A stretch of 33,050 nt of DNA from Candidatus Micrarchaeia archaeon. GTDB taxonomy: Archaea; Micrarchaeota; Micrarchaeia; Micrarchaeales; CABMGC01. Of the stretch, positions 29,464 to 33,050 are shown one piece after another. The position numbers and the translations under genes are program-made. Under the pieces are notes generated by a model. The model was given only the letters and a program-made list of their open reading frames with translations. It was not told the DNA's origin and made no database searches. Position 1 is the stretch's first letter. Each line of letters begins with the position of its first letter. The stretch lies in assembly GCA_049964835.1 (NCBI GenBank), contig JBMFWW010000007.1, positions 1-33,050 of the forward strand. Direction: 5' to 3'.

Positions 29464-30023
29464 ATACAAACTGAAGAACCCGATAGCTCACATACACATC
29501 ATTTTAATGCTTTTCGTATTATAGACAGAGAATTTGTAAAGATTATAGAAGATAATAAAAAATACTTAAGTGAAAATAATGGTATTGATTTAGGTGCTGG
29601 AGGAGGTTCTTTTTGCAAAACTACTTAGTGCAAATGTGAAAATATTAAACTGTGTAGATGTTTCTGAAGAAGCAATAATTGCAATGTAGAAGAATTTAAA
29701 AAATATAAAAAATATTAAAGTAATTAAGGTTTCTAATACCTCTTTACCGTTTGATGATAACATAATGGATTTTGTATTTACTGCAAACTCCTTTCACGAT
29801 CTTCCATTAGGATATGAAAATGAAATAAGAAGGGTCTTAAAAAATAATGGATATTATACTGACCTGGATTGGAAAAAGAATAAACCGATTTAGGTCCGCC
29901 ATTAGCTATGACGTTTTCAGAAGGGGAAGTGTGTGATAAATTTAAAAACAAGATTTTAGTCTTATTAAACAGCAGGATCTTGAAACATATTATGTGCTAA
30001 TTTTTCAGAAAAACCAGAAGTAA
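29464..30023 (+). pseudogene. Class I SAM-dependent methyltransferase pseudogene
   Basis: IDLGAGGG, CVDVSEEA, LPFDDNIMDFVF..NSFHD, EIRRVLK, DWKK and GPPL motifs spread over several frames; in-frame TAG at 29687-29689. Confidence 0.88.
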
Positions 30024-30070
30024 ACATGTTCATTACTTTTCAAATTTAGAAATTCATAATGAGAGGGTTA

Positions 30071-30712
30071 TTATCTTTTAAAGAATTTAAGGAATTTTAT
30101 TATGTTAGATATGTTATCAGAATCAATAACATTACTCAACCTTAAAACGTCCATTAACGCTGCTGAATAGAGTGATTTAAATTCTTTGGTATTTTCATTT
30201 TGAAGCTGTATGTATTCTTCGTTTATTATTATATTATTTTTATCAAGGACCCTTTCACTAGATTTAACACCAACAATTGTATTTGTATGATGATTTTCAA
30301 GATTATTACCAGTTAATACGTAACGAGATTCATAGAACTGCGCGTAATAATCAGAAGCAACATAAAAGGATAATTGCGAAGTTCCACCATGAACAAGTAA
30401 TGTTTTTTCAATATCACCCTTTCCTTTCTTTAAAGTGTTTGCCGATATTAAAGAGTAATAATAAGATAGATTGATTTCTTTACCTGATATAAAAAATGTT
30501 TTTTCTTTTAGTGCATATTTAAATTCTTCATTTTTTAATAAATGAAGTAATGTTTCGGTTAATGTCATAAATCGCAAATTATTATTTTTGAGAATTTTTT
30601 CAGACTGCCAATAAGTTTTTGTACAGTTATCTGAAATAAATACGCCGGTATTATTAAACTCTTTAAAATTTACTGTGTTAATTTTAAGATCTTTACTTAT
30701 AGATAGGGTCAT
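30071..30712 (-). CDS. Hypothetical protein (213 aa)
   Basis: Intact ORF with upstream BRE/TATA-like AAAAACTTTAAATAA; no firm motif. Confidence 0.65.
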   Translation of the reverse strand: MTLSISKDLKINTVNFKEFNNTGVFISDNCTKTYWQSEKILKNNNLRFMTLTETLLHLLKNEEFKYALKEKTFFISGKEINLSYYYSLISANTLKKGKGDIEKTLLVHGGTSQLSFYVASDYYAQFYESRYVLTGNNLENHHTNTIVGVKSSERVLDKNNIIINEEYIQLQNENTKEFKSLYSAALMDVLRLSNVIDSDNISNIIKFLKFFKR

Positions 30713-30877
30713 TTAAATCAAAGATATTGCTCGTTTAATTTATTTAAAGTTTTTTGATTATGTTATTTACTATTTATATAGAGTATATAAAATACAATAT
30801 AAATAATTTAAACGTTTTTTTTATAAATTAACTTATATTAGTTAAATATAAATATCACATTATACAAAAAATAGATT

Positions 30878-31432
30878 ATGGAGAATTCAGAGTTTACTAG
30901 TTTTTTAAGGAAAAAGGAATCGCAAATTCCGGAGAAAGGACTTTTGGTTTTTGATCTTTATGGTACATTAATACCAAATTATGGCCTTGCTGCGATGGAA
31001 CAAAATACAATTAATTTTTTACATGAAGCTAAAAAAAAAGGTTATATCTTAAGTATAGCTACTAGTTCTAAAGATGAGGACATAGTTAAAAATATTTTAA
31101 AAGGGGATAATGTTGAAGATTTATTTAGTAGTGTAGTTACTGGACAAAATAGTGAACTTCATACAGAAAGGTTAATGATCACTATTAGAAAGGTTCGAGA
31201 ACTGACAGGTAAACTTTTTAAAGTGAATGAAGTTTTTCATTTTGATGATGATTATAGGAGGATTATGCAAAGCAAAAGTTTAGGAGTTAAACACATAATG
31301 GTTTGTGATGATGAAAACGCAAAGATCAGTATTTTTGGTTCTGATTTTTTAATAAATAATTTCAGTAATAGCGATCAAATATTTAACTTTTTAGAGGGAA
31401 AAGGCGTACAAAAAAGAAAAATAAAGAATTAA
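30878..31432 (+). CDS. HAD-superfamily hydrolase-like protein
   Basis: LLVFDLYGTL (motif I variant), IATSS (motif II), FHFDD (motif IV). Confidence 0.8.
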   Translation: MENSEFTSFLRKKESQIPEKGLLVFDLYGTLIPNYGLAAMEQNTINFLHEAKKKGYILSIATSSKDEDIVKNILKGDNVEDLFSSVVTGQNSELHTERLMITIRKVRELTGKLFKVNEVFHFDDDYRRIMQSKSLGVKHIMVCDDENAKISIFGSDFLINNFSNSDQIFNFLEGKGVQKRKIKN

Positions 31433-31439
31433 TTTTTAT

Positions 31440-32516
31440 TTATTTAGAACGCTTTATCATAAATTCTACAAATTTTTTGAGTATCTCTTTTGCTTCTGAA
31501 TTTTTTAATAATAGTTCTAGTTTATTTAATGCTTCTGAAACAATCTTTTCTGCTATTTTTTTGGAATAACTTATTGAATCATACTTATTAATTATTGATA
31601 TTGCTTCTAGTATTCTTTTTTTGTCTTTTGTATGCTCTGATAAAATCTTTAAAAGTAATTCCTTATCTTCTTTTGAAGCTATTGAAATTGTTCTTATTAC
31701 TATAAGTGTTATTTTACCTTCGCTGATGTCATCTCCAACTCCGCCTTTGCTTTCTGAAACCTTACTTTCATCTATATTTAATATGTCATCCTGTATTTGA
31801 AATGCTATGCCTATTGCTGCACCGAAATCACCTAATGCGTTTGTTGTTTTTTCATCAGCTTCTGATAAGATACCAGCAAATTCTCCGGCTAAACGTGCAA
31901 GTACTCCTGTTTTGTTTTTTGACATCTCTAGATATTTTGATTCTGTTATCTCTTCAGGTTTCGAAAGGCCGGCGTGCCAAGTTATGTCAGTTGCTTGACC
32001 GATAGTAACTCTCACCATATTAGATAGATAAGATTTAATCAGTTTATCTTTTACATCTAAAGATAACTTCTTTTCTGAAAGAAGCATATGTAAAGAAAAG
32101 AACATCATAAAGTCTCCGAGATTTGTTGCTATATCAATACCATATTTAACATGTACTGCGGGAGAGCCCCTTCTAGTTAATGAGTTATCTTCTATATCAT
32201 CATGAACTAATGTTGCATTGTGTATTAATTCTATAACTGTGCTTAGCTCTAGAAATTTTTCAGGATTCTTACCTAAAGCTTTTATAAAAAGCAACATTAG
32301 TGTTGGTCTCCATCTTTTACCACCTAAATCCAAAAAATACCATAAAGGATTAATTATGCCTTTTTCAAAGGCTAACTCATCATAATCATAACTTGTTTTG
32401 CCTAGAATTTTTTCTAGATAGTGTTTTGTTGCTGTTCTCTTTAAATATGAGGATATGGCATCGTTTACTTTTAAGCTGTTTGAATTTAAAAATTCCTCTA
32501 TATCTATATCTTGCAT
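31440..32516 (-). CDS. trans-Polyprenyl diphosphate synthase (IdsA/GGPPS family)
   Basis: GGKRWRP, first Asp-rich motif HDDIED..RRG, GQ..D, KT, second Asp-rich motif FQIQDDILN and DISEGK. Confidence 0.93.
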   Translation of the reverse strand: MQDIDIEEFLNSNSLKVNDAISSYLKRTATKHYLEKILGKTSYDYDELAFEKGIINPLWYFLDLGGKRWRPTLMLLFIKALGKNPEKFLELSTVIELIHNATLVHDDIEDNSLTRRGSPAVHVKYGIDIATNLGDFMMFFSLHMLLSEKKLSLDVKDKLIKSYLSNMVRVTIGQATDITWHAGLSKPEEITESKYLEMSKNKTGVLARLAGEFAGILSEADEKTTNALGDFGAAIGIAFQIQDDILNIDESKVSESKGGVGDDISEGKITLIVIRTISIASKEDKELLLKILSEHTKDKKRILEAISIINKYDSISYSKKIAEKIVSEALNKLELLLKNSEAKEILKKFVEFMIKRSK

Positions 32517-32606
32517 CAGTATCACAAATTAAGTTGTAAATATACTTTATTTTAAATCTTTATGTGTAGTCGGCTTAAAACGAAGTTTTATTATTTTATT
32601 TTAAGG

Positions 32607-32670
32607 GAAACGAATAAAAGGTGAAATGATGAGATTAATTATCGAGAGGACATTAAATCGGGATAGTACA
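32607..32670 (+). mobile_element. Orphan right-end fragment of the IS481-family element
   Basis: Reverse complement matches 6201-6264 at 61/64 positions (counted by hand) and ends in ACA. Confidence 0.9.
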
Positions 32671-32685
32671 TAAGGCAATTCTATT

Positions 32686-32700
32686 GAAAAGATATTTATA
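32686..32700 (+). promoter_or_regulatory. BRE/TATA promoter
   Basis: GAAAAGATATTTATA upstream of the ORF starting at 32746. Confidence 0.55.
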
Positions 32701-32745
32701 CCTGAAAGACGTAAATATACTATATATAAGCTTCCGGGTTTGCCT

Positions 32746-33050
32746 ATGAAAAAAAATGTAAAAAATATTAAAATCAGAAAAAATGTTGTTGTTTCTAAAT
32801 CTAATAAAAACAAGAGTAAGGTGAAGATTTCTAAAAAAAACTTGGAGAAGATCCAAAATAATAAAAAATCAGTTATTTTGAATAAAAATGCAAATAAAAG
32901 TATTAAAAAAATAAATGTTAAACCAAAACTTACTGAAAAAGCAAGATTACAAGAAGAAGAGAAAAATAAAAACCTTGAATTAGTTAAAGAAAATGTTAGA
33001 TTACAACTTAAACAACAAAACGTAAAAGATTATATATCTAAAAATGTGGG
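32746..33050 (+). CDS. Partial CDS with long Lys/Asn-rich N-terminus; runs off the window
   Basis: Open from ATG at 32746 to the window end: MKKNVKNIKIRKNVVVSKSNK...NVKDYISKNV. Not in ORF track. Confidence 0.7.
   Translation, partial: MKKNVKNIKIRKNVVVSKSNKNKSKVKISKKNLEKIQNNKKSVILNKNANKSIKKINVKPKLTEKARLQEEEKNKNLELVKENVRLQLKQQNVKDYISKNV

Noticed and set aside
29425..29628. ORF-track 67-aa protein
   Set aside because: Starts inside tRNA-Lys; it is the first fragment of the methyltransferase pseudogene.
6201..32670. 26-kb composite transposon bounded by IS ends
   Set aside because: The cargo is core housekeeping genes, the transposase is dead, and the outer flanks share no target duplication.
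32601..32856. Minus-strand ORFs sharing the peptide SRFNVLSIINLIISPFI with the ORF at 6184
   Set aside because: The similarity is just the translated IS terminal repeat, not a protein family.
29450..33050. Intact integrated element (provirus or island) at tRNA-Lys
   Set aside because: No integrase and no duplicated tRNA 3' end were seen; the same holds for tRNA-Glu.

Overview
AT-rich archaeal chromosomal segment, most consistent with a DPANN Micrarchaeota (ARMAN-like) genome. The basis is a 384-aa three-unit-type tRNA splicing endonuclease with an ARMAN-specific-loop-like motif, archaeal EF-1alpha/uS10, split Kae1/Bud32, BRE/TATA promoters and a bacterial-type gyrase. Most of the window is housekeeping: DAHP synthase, tmk, dcd, endA, kae1, bud32, cysS, tuf, rps10, lhr, gyrB/gyrA, a prenyl-diphosphate synthase, tRNA-Glu and tRNA-Lys. 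It also holds several surface proteins, a decayed IS481-family element plus an orphan copy of its end, and two pseudogenes abutting tRNA 3' ends. The most notable observations are: (1) a 12-bp box (ACTTTATCAACA) arranged as a palindrome plus ~20-bp-period repeats at a fixed distance upstream of the BRE/TATA of three promoters (tuf-rps10, endA and a winged-helix gene), suggesting an unannotated regulon; (2) an un-called eL41/eS32 ribosomal protein gene that appears to start at CTG; (3) a 1212-aa membrane-anchored protein with a hyaluronidase (GH56)-like catalytic module, FN3 and CBM6-like domains; (4) an un-called 52-aa PC4-like ORF. All assignments come from motif recognition by eye; no searches were run.
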